Assembly: GCA_964591955.1 (NCBI GenBank)
Contig: CAZQBT010000002.1
Coordinates: 7,669 to 71,668 of the forward strand
Length of the DNA: 64,000 bases
Source of the DNA: an uncultured Brevinematales bacterium
Lineage (GTDB): Bacteria; Spirochaetota; Brevinematia; Brevinematales; CAZQBT01
Direction of reading: 5' to 3'
Made by a program: the position numbers and the translations under genes. Under the pieces are notes generated by a model. That model was not told where the DNA came from and did not search any database. It saw nothing but the letters and a program-made list of their open reading frames with translations. Shown piece after piece: positions 1 to 9,129 of the stretch. Positions within the stretch are counted from its first letter, which is position 1, and every line of letters begins with the position of its first letter.

Positions 1-163
1 ATCGCGATGATAATTTAAGAAAAGAGACGCTTTTAAAAGGAAAGCAAAGGCTTGCCCGTTTTTCAAAAAGGGATTGTATAGAATCCCATCTGAAATTGCT
101 TTTTGGTTAATGAGATTTAAACGTTCTATGGGATTCTAAAATGCAGTATTATCGGAGGGTTTT

Positions 164-1399
164 ATGAGTGAAACCGTAGCAAAACAGAAAATAGATTTGA
201 CAAATTTATTTCTGATTTTGGCTTTTGCCCTGTCGTTTTTTTCCACGCCGTTTATAGCATTTACCGCTTTTGCCTCAATATTTTTTATAATAGATTTAAT
301 CCGAAAGAAAAAGACGGCAAAGCTATTAATTAATGACGGGTTGTTCTTTATTCTGTTTGTTGCGCTAATATTAAGTTCCGTTTTTGCGGTTTTCGATAAA
401 TGGCTTTCATTGGGCAGCGCGGTTTTATTCGGGTTATATTGGCTTGCTTATTTTATGATTAGGAACACGGCGGATGATAAACTAATAGCTAACGTAATGA
501 AAGCCGTGTCTTGTATGCTTATAATTGTTTGTGCGACAGCGATAGCCCATTTTTTTATTAACAAAGATATTGTTTTAAACCTGTTTAACGAAACGGTGAT
601 TTTTAAGGCAAGGTCTCACAAAAATACTTTGGCTTCGTTTATGGTTTATCCCGCGCTTTTCGGGAATTTCTTAGCAATACATCTTACCGCTATGATGGTA
701 TATTTTATCTATAATTTCAGGAAACTTAAGCCTGTCTGGATTGTTATATTTGCTCTTGCGTTTATTATAGGTATATTGACTATTGTTTTAACTCAGGCGC
801 GCGGCGGATTGATTATTCTTTTTGTCGCGGCGTTGGTTGTTTTCTTTTTCCTTCCCGGAAAAGTCAAAGCATTTTTGCTTATACCGGTTGTTATTGCTTC
901 GGTAGTGAGCGCCTTATTTATGCCCGCTAAGTGGGTGCAAACTATAAAAGACCCCTTGAATGAGGCAAATATTCGCGCGCGGTTTTCTATGATTGTTGCG
1001 GGGATGGATTTGTATGAAGAAAAGGGCAATCCCGCTGTCGGGATTGGTATTATGGGCTTTCGTGAATGGTGGGGTGATTGGCCTAAAAAGGTTAAATACA
1101 GCATTTATGAAGACCTTAATTATATACATAACGTTTATTTTTCCTTCTTTCTGGAAACGGGGATTATCGGGCTTTTGACTTTTATTGTATGGATTGGGTA
1201 TTTGATTTGGATTTTAGCGCGTGATGCGGTAAAAAAACGCAATTGGAAATCAATATCCGGGTTTGCTCTTGTGTCGGGGTTTGTTATTAATTCTCTGGTT
1301 GACAACCTCATATACGTTGTTATGCTCGGCTTTTTGCTGTTCCTGTATTGGGGTATTTTCGCAAGCGAGATTGACGACAGGGCTTTATTGAAGTCATAG
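164..1399 (+). CDS. O-antigen ligase/polymerase family integral membrane protein (Wzy_C-like)
   Basis: 411-aa ORF with GGAGGG 4 nt upstream of the ATG. It has many hydrophobic helices and the motif NYIHNVYFSFFLETGIIGLL, typical of Wzy_C/WaaL-type domains. Confidence 0.7.
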   Translation: MSETVAKQKIDLTNLFLILAFALSFFSTPFIAFTAFASIFFIIDLIRKKKTAKLLINDGLFFILFVALILSSVFAVFDKWLSLGSAVLFGLYWLAYFMIRNTADDKLIANVMKAVSCMLIIVCATAIAHFFINKDIVLNLFNETVIFKARSHKNTLASFMVYPALFGNFLAIHLTAMMVYFIYNFRKLKPVWIVIFALAFIIGILTIVLTQARGGLIILFVAALVVFFFLPGKVKAFLLIPVVIASVVSALFMPAKWVQTIKDPLNEANIRARFSMIVAGMDLYEEKGNPAVGIGIMGFREWWGDWPKKVKYSIYEDLNYIHNVYFSFFLETGIIGLLTFIVWIGYLIWILARDAVKKRNWKSISGFALVSGFVINSLVDNLIYVVMLGFLLFLYWGIFASEIDDRALLKS

Positions 1400-1417
1400 A
1401 TTTTTTAAGGATTTACT

Positions 1418-2602
1418 ATGGACGAGGATAAAAGAATCATTCTCTTTACCGGCAACTGTTTCGGAGAAAACCGAAGCGGGGGTATTATCGCGCGCGAGCT
1501 TAAAGGGCTGCTTTCGCAAGCGGGTATAACCTCTCACAAAGTGATGGGCGCATCGTTGATATGCCCCGGCGATGATTACGTTTCAAGGGGCGTGGAGCTT
1601 TTAACCTCCGGTAAAGTTCCCCCATCAGGCGGCTTTCCAACCCGGAGTATTCGCGGGTTTTTCTCCGATATTTTCGGCGGGGCTTTCGGAGCTGTTTCCC
1701 GTTATAAGAAAAACCTTCGCAAATATGAGGGTAATATTGAATTGGTCTTTGTCGTGGGTGATGTAGCTCTTTTGTGGCTCACAAAAAGGGCGTTAAGGAA
1801 AACCCAGCTTATTTTTTTTGCTCCCGCCAAATCGGATTATATAGAGCCTCATTATAAAATCGAGTTGCGGTATATTAAAAAAACTGCCGATTTCTTTTTT
1901 ACCCACGATGAGTTTACCGCAGAAAATCTTAAAAAGCAGGGGGTTAGCGCGGAGTTTCTGGGCAATCCTATGCTTGATGATTTAGACCCCGTATCGCCCC
2001 AAATTAAAATCTTTGAAGATACCGTTAGAATTGCCGTTCTTCCGGGTAGCCGTGAGGAGGCTTATCGGAACTTTATAAAGATAATCAAGGTTGCCGATGT
2101 TGTTGTTTCCAAACGGGAGGCGGTTTTCTATGCGGCTTTACCTTCCGCGCTTGACGATAACAAAATCCGCGGGATGGTTTCAAGAGACGGGTTTGAATGG
2201 AAAGACGTTGCCCCGTTCCCGTATATAGTCCGCGATAAACTCAAGGTCTATTTGTGCAGGGGAATCTTTCCCGACATCCTGCATACCTGCGACTTGGTTA
2301 TAGGGCTTGCCGGGACTGCCAACGAACAGGCGGCGGGATTAGGCAAACCGATTGTGTCGTTTACGGGAGCGGGTCCTCAAACCACGGTTGCACGTATTGC
2401 CGAACAGGAGCGGTTGCTCGGCGGGGCTTTGAAGTTTGTCAAAGGCGGGATTGAAGATATTGCCGATGAGGTGGTTTTGCTTATCGACAACCCTGATGAG
2501 CGAAAAAGACGGGGTAGGCTCGGTATTAACAATATGGGGAAGCCCGGCGGCGCTTTGCGTATGGCGGAGTTTGTTATGAAAAATTATATTAAGCATAAAT
2601 AA
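1418..2602 (+). CDS. LpxB-related glycosyltransferase (lipid-A-disaccharide synthase-related family, function unknown)
   Basis: 394-aa ORF with an AAGGA RBS. Blocks PSGGFPTRS, AKSDY, GNPMLDDL, LPGSREEAYRNF and GTANEQAAGLGKPIV..ERLLGGAL match my recollection of the LpxB-related (TIGR03492-type) GT-B family. Confidence 0.6.
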   Translation: MDEDKRIILFTGNCFGENRSGGIIARELKGLLSQAGITSHKVMGASLICPGDDYVSRGVELLTSGKVPPSGGFPTRSIRGFFSDIFGGAFGAVSRYKKNLRKYEGNIELVFVVGDVALLWLTKRALRKTQLIFFAPAKSDYIEPHYKIELRYIKKTADFFFTHDEFTAENLKKQGVSAEFLGNPMLDDLDPVSPQIKIFEDTVRIAVLPGSREEAYRNFIKIIKVADVVVSKREAVFYAALPSALDDNKIRGMVSRDGFEWKDVAPFPYIVRDKLKVYLCRGIFPDILHTCDLVIGLAGTANEQAAGLGKPIVSFTGAGPQTTVARIAEQERLLGGALKFVKGGIEDIADEVVLLIDNPDERKRRGRLGINNMGKPGGALRMAEFVMKNYIKHK

Positions 2603-2758
2603 AATATTGTTTAAGATTTATTGCTTATCTATATAGGAATAAGTTGTATTGCAAATTGGGATTGATTGCTTGTATTTATCATTTATTTCCGCCCTAAATT
2701 GTTTATTTTTTTTCGTGAATGAGTTATAATGAATCAAGTATTCAAAGGGTGATTTAAA

Positions 2759-4114
2759 ATGAAAACTGTTGTGATAATCGGCGGGGGCGCGGGAGGTATG
2801 ACCTCTGCGGTTCAGGTTAGAAAGCAAGACCCTGATGCAAGGGTAGTGGTATTCGAGAAAACCCCCTATGTCGCATGGGCGGGATGTCCTATGCCTTATT
2901 TTATTTCAGGTAAGCTCTCCGAGATGTCGGTTATTCATTACCCGCCGAAATATTTCAGGGATGAGCGTAATATTGAGGTTTATGTAAATCACGAGGCTGT
3001 TTTTATAGATTTCGACGAGCGTTTTGTAAGTATCAAGGGCGAGGAGATTAACGGAGATTTCGGCTATGATTTTCTTGTGCTGAGTTTAGGCGCATCTGCG
3101 TTTATCCCTCCGATTAAAGGTATCGACAAGGATAATTTTCCGGACGGCGTTTTTGTTTTGCGCAACCCGCTGAACGCATTTTCTATCAAGGAATATATCG
3201 GGAATCAATCCCCCCGCAAAGCCGTGATTATCGGGGCGGGGCTTGTCGGGATGGAGATGGCGGAGGCGTTTACCGAACTTGGGCTTGAGGTTACTATTGT
3301 TGAAAAGATGGAGGAAATTCTCCCGTTTATCGAAAGTTCTATGCAACGTCGCAGGATAGAAAAGGTTTTTAAGATGCGCAATATAAATCTCCTTACGGGA
3401 ATTTCGGTAAGCGAGGTTATTATCGAAAACGATAAAATCAGGGGCGCGGTTTTATCCGACGGCAGACGGCTTGATACGGATTTGCTTCTTATCAGCATAG
3501 GTATAAGACCGAATATTGGGCTTCTTGAAATCTCAAAATATCCGTTTGATGCGGACAAGCGCCTTATACCCAATGAAAATATGGAAACCGCCGTAAGCGG
3601 GGTTTATGCCTTAGGTGATATGGTTTGGAGTAAAAATTTGTTGACCGGTCAATATGTATATGCGGCTTTCGGTGATGTTGCCGATAAGCAGGGTATAGTT
3701 GCGGGGAATAATATTGCCGGAGGTAACCTGAAATTCAGGGGCGTTATAGGCAGTATATCAAGCTCTTTTTTTGAATTACAAATAGCCAAAACCGGACTTA
3801 CCTTAAAAGAGGCGAAAGAGGCGGGGTTTGATGCCGAAAGCGTGTCGGTAAAATCTTTGGCGCGGGTTATCGGGTTTGAGGGAACAACTGCCGGCGCCGT
3901 TAATGTGGTTTACGATAAATCCTCTATGACAATTCTCGGCGCTTCTATTGTTGCCGATGAGTGCGCATCCCAGTTTATCGACCAGTTTGCTATCGCTATT
4001 ACTCACAGGATACCGGTAGAGGAAATTATTAATATTGATTTTGCGTATTCCCCATCTACTTCGGTAGTATGGAATCCGATGCTTGCAGCATATAGAAAAA
4101 TTTTAGATAGATAG
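2759..4114 (+). CDS. FAD-dependent pyridine nucleotide-disulfide oxidoreductase, NADH oxidase/CoA-disulfide reductase family
   Basis: 451-aa ORF. FAD fold VVIIGGGAGGMTSA, single redox Cys in WAGCPMPYF (equivalent to Cys42/43 of Nox/CoADR), second dinucleotide fold AVIIGAGLVGMEMA, and YALGD. Confidence 0.8.
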   Translation: MKTVVIIGGGAGGMTSAVQVRKQDPDARVVVFEKTPYVAWAGCPMPYFISGKLSEMSVIHYPPKYFRDERNIEVYVNHEAVFIDFDERFVSIKGEEINGDFGYDFLVLSLGASAFIPPIKGIDKDNFPDGVFVLRNPLNAFSIKEYIGNQSPRKAVIIGAGLVGMEMAEAFTELGLEVTIVEKMEEILPFIESSMQRRRIEKVFKMRNINLLTGISVSEVIIENDKIRGAVLSDGRRLDTDLLLISIGIRPNIGLLEISKYPFDADKRLIPNENMETAVSGVYALGDMVWSKNLLTGQYVYAAFGDVADKQGIVAGNNIAGGNLKFRGVIGSISSSFFELQIAKTGLTLKEAKEAGFDAESVSVKSLARVIGFEGTTAGAVNVVYDKSSMTILGASIVADECASQFIDQFAIAITHRIPVEEIINIDFAYSPSTSVVWNPMLAAYRKILDR

Positions 4115-4123
4115 GAGTTCATT

Positions 4124-4600
4124 ATGGGCGATGAAGTTACTGAATTGAGAAAAGAGGACGCTATGCCTAAAAAGAAAAGTCCTTTAAAAGTCATTCTCGG
4201 GGCTGTTATAGTTATCGGGCTTTTAACTTTTGTGATTATAAGAATTATTACCCATTTCCAGACGGATACGCAGGATAAATTCGTTGCAACCCTTGCGGGG
4301 TATTATCTTGCAATTGCTCGCGGGGATACCAATACTATTGCGATACTAACCTCCGGCGATTTTACCGATGAGGCAAGGGTTTTCGGACTGACTGCGGGAA
4401 GATATGATTTGTTCATCTACAAAATAGAGGATACGGATGTCTCAAAGCCCGATGCTAAAAAAATCCTTTACAGCATTTCTTTTACAGACGGCGGGGTTAG
4501 TCTTTCCTATTTAAACGAGGCTTATATATCTTTGGAAGACCACAGGCCGAAGCTCAATAAAATTGTCGGGGTTTATCGCGGAAGAAACGTGGTTAGATAG
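4124..4600 (+). CDS. hypothetical membrane-anchored protein
   Basis: 158-aa ORF with AGGAG 6 nt upstream of the ATG. It has one N-terminal TM helix (VILGAVIVIGLLTFVIIRII) and then a soluble domain with no motif I recognise. Confidence 0.55.
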   Translation: MGDEVTELRKEDAMPKKKSPLKVILGAVIVIGLLTFVIIRIITHFQTDTQDKFVATLAGYYLAIARGDTNTIAILTSGDFTDEARVFGLTAGRYDLFIYKIEDTDVSKPDAKKILYSISFTDGGVSLSYLNEAYISLEDHRPKLNKIVGVYRGRNVVR

Positions 4601-4679
4601 ACAATTTTAGCGCTCTATAACTCCATTATTTTGTGCAAACCCTTTTCGTTTTGTTGATAATTTAAAAAAAGGAGACGTA

Positions 4680-7145
4680 ATGAGTAAAGAAAATAAATTT
4701 TCCGAAAATGCGCTTTTTATTATGAAGAAACTATATTTTAAGAAAGACAGGGACGGCAATCTAATCGAGAATACCCCCGAAGAGCTTTTCGGGCGGGTTT
4801 CAGGTTTTGTTTGTAATGCCGAAACCGATGAAGCGAAGAAGTCTGAACTTAAAAAGCAGGTCTTTAATCTTATGATGCAACGGAAATTTATGTTTTCATC
4901 ACCGACACTTTTTAACGCCGGCAGCGACTTTTCTTTAGCATCAAGCTGTTTTGTGGGCGGGCTTGAGGACAGTATGGAGGGAATAATGAAAGCCGCATCC
5001 GACACGGCGATTACTTTCAAAGCGGGTGCGGGTATGGGGCTTAATTTCGGGAATCTCCGTCCTTACGGCGCGCCTGTAGGAAGAGGAGGAACCTCAAGCG
5101 GCCCCGTCAGCTTTATGCGTCTTTTTAACGAGGTCGGTGAAACAGTCAAAAGCGGAGGTGTTCGTCGCGCCGCTTTTATGGCTATGATGGATGTAAACCA
5201 TCCCGATATTGAACTTTTTATTTCAAGCAAGGATTATCTCGCGGAACTCAGGCGAGCTTACCCTGAACTCGAAGTTCCCGAAACATTTGTTGAGGATATT
5301 ACCGCAAGCGTTTCGGAAGTTTTAAGCGAGGTTATCCACAGTGAGGATATACTGCAAACGGTTCTCGGCAATATACGCAAAATTCTTTTTGAACCTTTGT
5401 CCAATATGAATATAAGTGTCGCTATTACGGATAAGTTTATGGAAGCTGTCCGTAACAGTGTGGAGTTTGTTCTTGACAGGCATAAAGCCGGCGGCTTGGT
5501 AAAAAAAATAAACGCCGTTGAGCTTTTCCATAAAATAGCACAGTCGGCTTGGAGAACCGCCGACCCCGGTATCTGGTTTATTGACCGCGTCAATTCCTTT
5601 GACACCGTTCCTTCTATCGGCAGGATTTTATCCACAAACCCTTGCGGAGAACAGAGCTTGCACGATTATACCAGTTGTAACCTCGGTTCAATCAACTTGA
5701 ATGAATTTGTCGGTAAAGACGGGTTTGATTACGAGGCGTTTAAAGACACTGTCAGGGTTGCGGTCAGGGCTTTGGACAACGTTATAGACGTTGCGGCGTT
5801 TCCAACCGATGACTTTGCGGTCAACACACGTAAAATTCGCCCCATAGGTTTGGGCTTTACGGGGCTTGCCGAAACCCTGTTTAAACTCCGTATTCCTTAT
5901 GACTCCGATGAGGGGGTTGAATTTGCTACGAATATATCAAGGGTGATGACTCAAACCGCGATTATTGCATCAAGCGAACTTGCCGCAGAGAAAGGTTCTT
6001 TCCCGCTTTTTGAGGAGAATAAATCCTCGCTTATTGAGGTTGTAAAACGTTATTTTGATACGGATAAGGAACGAGATGATATAGAAAGTCTTATATTTAA
6101 AAACGGTATCCGCAACAGCAACTGGACAACCCTTGCGCCTACGGGAAGTATCAGTCTTATCCTTGACGCTTTTACATATTCGCTTGAACCCCAGTTTGCC
6201 CTTGCGTATCATAAGAATTTGATAGACGGGGGCAGTCTTATCTACGTTGACCCGGAGTTTGAGAAAGCCCTTAATCACGATAAAAAACTTATAGAAAAGG
6301 TTGCTCAAAACGGCGGGAGTTGTAAAGGTATAAAGGAGATACCATCCCAAATCAGGCGCGTGTTTACGGTAGCGCACGATATTTCCTATGACAAACGTCT
6401 TGAGATGCAAGGCTCCATACAACGTTATATTTCCAATTCCATATCGTCAACAATAAATTTGCCCGCCGAGACCACTATTGAGGAAATAGAAAATATTTAT
6501 CTCAAGGCTTATGAACTCGGTTTGAAGGGCGTAACGATTTATCGGGACGGGTGCAAGCATTTCCAACCGATGACCACGATGAAAAAGAAATCGTCGGTTG
6601 CTGAAGCTCAAAAAACCCGGAAATGGGTTCGTCCGAAGGTGCTTAAAGCCGAGATAGTTAAAACCCGCACGGGAAGCGGAACTTTATACACCTCGCTGGG
6701 TATGGACGAAAAAGGGATGCCGATTGAACTGTTTATAAACATATCGAAACACGGTTCTGAGGTGTCGGTATTTTCGGAGGCGCTTGGGAGGGTTATTTCG
6801 ATAGCGCTTCAAAGCGGGGTGCCTGTTGACCGTATCGGCGATTCTATTATCGGGATTGTCGGGGATAAACCTATGTGGGATAACGGCAAGCTGATAAAGA
6901 GTATTCCCGATGCGGTGGGGCGTATTCTCAGGAGCTATGCTAAGAAACTTGAGACTCAATCGGAAGATGAGGGGGTAAAAAATCTTTTCGATAAAGGCAG
7001 TGATGGGGTTTCGGCGGAGATAGATTATTCCAATCCCGTTGATATTCCCGGAGCGGAAATTTGTCCTAAATGCGGTGAGAAAACCCTTGCGCGCACGGAG
7101 GATTGTCTTTCCTGTCTCTCCTGCGGTTATTCCAAGTGCGGATAG
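4680..7145 (+). CDS. nrdJ: adenosylcobalamin-dependent ribonucleotide reductase (class II)
   Basis: 821-aa ORF with an AGGAG RBS. Class II RNR blocks STNPCGEQSL (thiyl-radical Cys loop) and TLAPTGSISL, plus a C-terminal Cys-rich tail CPKCG..CLSCLSCGYSKCG. Confidence 0.93.
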   Translation: MSKENKFSENALFIMKKLYFKKDRDGNLIENTPEELFGRVSGFVCNAETDEAKKSELKKQVFNLMMQRKFMFSSPTLFNAGSDFSLASSCFVGGLEDSMEGIMKAASDTAITFKAGAGMGLNFGNLRPYGAPVGRGGTSSGPVSFMRLFNEVGETVKSGGVRRAAFMAMMDVNHPDIELFISSKDYLAELRRAYPELEVPETFVEDITASVSEVLSEVIHSEDILQTVLGNIRKILFEPLSNMNISVAITDKFMEAVRNSVEFVLDRHKAGGLVKKINAVELFHKIAQSAWRTADPGIWFIDRVNSFDTVPSIGRILSTNPCGEQSLHDYTSCNLGSINLNEFVGKDGFDYEAFKDTVRVAVRALDNVIDVAAFPTDDFAVNTRKIRPIGLGFTGLAETLFKLRIPYDSDEGVEFATNISRVMTQTAIIASSELAAEKGSFPLFEENKSSLIEVVKRYFDTDKERDDIESLIFKNGIRNSNWTTLAPTGSISLILDAFTYSLEPQFALAYHKNLIDGGSLIYVDPEFEKALNHDKKLIEKVAQNGGSCKGIKEIPSQIRRVFTVAHDISYDKRLEMQGSIQRYISNSISSTINLPAETTIEEIENIYLKAYELGLKGVTIYRDGCKHFQPMTTMKKKSSVAEAQKTRKWVRPKVLKAEIVKTRTGSGTLYTSLGMDEKGMPIELFINISKHGSEVSVFSEALGRVISIALQSGVPVDRIGDSIIGIVGDKPMWDNGKLIKSIPDAVGRILRSYAKKLETQSEDEGVKNLFDKGSDGVSAEIDYSNPVDIPGAEICPKCGEKTLARTEDCLSCLSCGYSKCG

Positions 7146-7180
7146 AGTATGCTATATTTTAGAAGCGTTATAATATAGAA

Positions 7181-7230
7181 AAGGGGCTGTCTCAAAACCC
7201 GGATATTCAGGTTTAAAGAGACAGCCCCTT
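7181..7230. terminator. bidirectional rho-independent terminator shared by nrdJ (+) and tRNA-Leu (-)
   Basis: Perfect 13-bp stem AAGGGGCTGTCTC (7181-7193) / GAGACAGCCCCTT (7218-7230). There is an A-run upstream and T-rich sequence downstream. On the minus strand the stem is followed by TTTTCTAT. Confidence 0.65.
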
Positions 7231-7236
7231 TAGTAT

Positions 7237-7321
7237 TGCCGGGGACGAGACTTGAACTCACACGGGCTAAACGCCCACTAGCCCCTCAAGCTAGCGTGTC
7301 TACCGATTCCACCACCCCGGC
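7237..7321 (-). tRNA. tRNA-Leu (anticodon GAG), type II with long variable arm
   Basis: The reverse complement folds by hand into a cloverleaf. Acceptor GCCGGGG/CCCCGGC plus discriminator A, D arm GUG-GAAUCGGUAGA-CAC, anticodon arm CUAGC-UUGAGGG-GCUAG, a 16-nt variable arm and T loop UUCAAGU. No CCA is encoded. Confidence 0.9.
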
Positions 7322-7346
7322 GGTTTCCGCTCATTTATTGGAAAAT

Positions 7347-7375
7347 ATTATATAATATTTTGCCGTTTAAGTCAA
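7347..7375 (-). promoter_or_regulatory. sigma70-type promoter for tRNA-Leu (TTGACT-17-TATAAT)
   Basis: On the minus strand, TTGACT (7375-7370), a 17-nt spacer and TATAAT (7352-7347). The -10 element ends about 25 nt upstream of the tRNA 5' end. Confidence 0.6.
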
Positions 7376-7390
7376 ACAAGAAGCATTTTT

Positions 7391-8938
7391 TTATTTTGCG
7401 AAATATTGTATGTTATTCAAAAACTCATCGTTGTTGGCGGTTTTAAGCATAGCCTGAGTGAGTTTCTGCATAATCTCTTCGTTGCTCATATCGCTTAAGA
7501 CACGTCTAAGCATCCTTGCGCGTTCAAGGTTATCCTCGGACAACAACAGGTCTTCTCGTCTCGTGCCGGATAGTTTGAGGTCAATAGCGGGAAAGATTCT
7601 GATATTAGCAAGACTTCTGTCAAGATGGATTTCCATATTACCCGTGCCTTTAAATTCCTCATAGATTATTTCATCCATCTTACTTCCGGTATCAACCAAA
7701 GCGGTGGCGATAATAGTAAGACTGCCGCCCTCTTCAATATTACGCGCGGCGCCGAAAAACTTTTTGGGTTTATGCAGCGCGTTTGCATCAATACCACCCG
7801 ACAGGATACGTCCGCTTGACGGCTCAACCATATTAAAAGCGCGGGCAAGACGAGTTATGGAATCCAACAGGATAACAACGTCATACTTGCTTTCTACAAG
7901 ACGTCGCGCCTTTTCAAGTACCATATGCGCTACGGCTACGTGCTTGGTGGCAGGTTCGTCAAACGTTGAACTGACTACTTCCGCATCGACAGACCTCTGC
8001 ATATCGGTAACTTCCTCGGGTCTCTCGTCAACAAGAAATACTATAAGTCTGATTTCCGGATGGTTTTCCGTTATGGCATTGGCGATTTTCTTTAATAAAA
8101 CCGTTTTACCTGCTTTAGGAGGGGATACAACCAGACCGCGTTGCCCCTTACCGATAGGCGTAAAGATATTCATAAGACGCGTTGCAACCTCGTCTCTGTC
8201 GCTTTCAAGATTTATACGCTCTTCGGGGAAAAGCGGCGTCAGGTTGGAGAACAGAGTTCGTTTTCGTGCCTCATCGGGGACTTGATAATTTATGCTTTCT
8301 ATGCGAAGGAGCGCAAAGAATTTTTCCTCTTCGGTTTTCTTGGGCGGACGAATTTGTCCTACTACCGTATCGCCTGTGCGAAGCCTGAAAAGCGAAATTT
8401 GCGAGGGTGAAACGTAAATATCATCGGAACTCGGAAGGTAGTTGTATCTTTGTGAACGAAGGAAGCCGAAACCTCCCTCAATAAGCTGTAAAGTTCCGCC
8501 CCCGTAGATTATTCCTCCGTTATCGGCGTGTTTGCGGAGGATTGTATAAATCAATTCCTGTGTATGCATCGCCTCAAAGTTTTCAAGTTCAAGATGTTCC
8601 GCTATGAGAGTTAGTTCGGTTATGGAAAGCTGTTTTAGCACGTTTATAAGCAGTTTATTATCGTCCGTGAACACCTGCTTGATTATTTTCCGGGGGTCTG
8701 ATGAACGCGTAAATGATGAGAATAACTCTTCGGCGTTACTTTCGTGGTGTTTGTTTAGTTCATAAAGCTCGCGTTCCTCGTTTGTTCCCACGTATTCCTC
8801 TTCATTCGGGATATTGTCGTTGGTATCTTCGGAATCTACCGGCTGATAAGTATCTTCATCTTCAAAAGGCGGGAACTGATGTTCCAAATCATCATTATTG
8901 TTTTCGCCGTTGTTTTTTAACTTAACTTTTCTCGGCAT
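7391..8938 (-). CDS. rho: transcription termination factor Rho with ~95-aa acidic N-terminal extension
   Basis: 515-aa ORF. The N-terminal helix bundle and CSD align with E. coli Rho (..GGFGFLRS..), followed by Walker [16 protein letters not shown] and the full RecA-type core. Confidence 0.95.
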   Translation of the reverse strand: MPRKVKLKNNGENNNDDLEHQFPPFEDEDTYQPVDSEDTNDNIPNEEEYVGTNEERELYELNKHHESNAEELFSSFTRSSDPRKIIKQVFTDDNKLLINVLKQLSITELTLIAEHLELENFEAMHTQELIYTILRKHADNGGIIYGGGTLQLIEGGFGFLRSQRYNYLPSSDDIYVSPSQISLFRLRTGDTVVGQIRPPKKTEEEKFFALLRIESINYQVPDEARKRTLFSNLTPLFPEERINLESDRDEVATRLMNIFTPIGKGQRGLVVSPPKAGKTVLLKKIANAITENHPEIRLIVFLVDERPEEVTDMQRSVDAEVVSSTFDEPATKHVAVAHMVLEKARRLVESKYDVVILLDSITRLARAFNMVEPSSGRILSGGIDANALHKPKKFFGAARNIEEGGSLTIIATALVDTGSKMDEIIYEEFKGTGNMEIHLDRSLANIRIFPAIDLKLSGTRREDLLLSEDNLERARMLRRVLSDMSNEEIMQKLTQAMLKTANNDEFLNNIQYFAK

Positions 8939-9129
8939 AATAAGTCTCCTATTAAAATTTACTGTTTCTATTGCAAAGGAATATATCCTGTTTTAAATAT
9001 TGAAATCTAAATACGCTTGAAAAACAAGTTGAAAAAAAATTGTGCAGGATTAAAACGAGAAGTCATTGTCTTTTACTCGCCTGTAATTTACTTTTCCCAC
9101 TTGATTAATTATCCATCCGGCGCTATTTT

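Noticed and set aside
70-87. Hairpin GGGATT-GTATAG-AATCCC near the window start
   Set aside because: It has a 6-bp AT-rich stem with no following T-tract. The upstream gene is outside the window, so the hairpin cannot be interpreted.
4601-4679. Possible NrdR box or cobalamin riboswitch upstream of nrdJ
   Set aside because: There is no 16-bp palindrome of the NrdR type and no B12-box. The 79-nt gap is too short for a cobalamin riboswitch.
7704-8285. Other long antisense ORFs (7704-8285, 9556-10254, 17814-18410, 39640-40311, 47886-48542, 50460-51062, 63454-63984)
   Set aside because: Each is nested opposite a confidently identified gene: rho, the 683-aa ORF, ribBA, infB, the ACAD, etfB and the MBL hydrolase. 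None has a recognisable motif or RBS, so I treat them as shadow ORFs.
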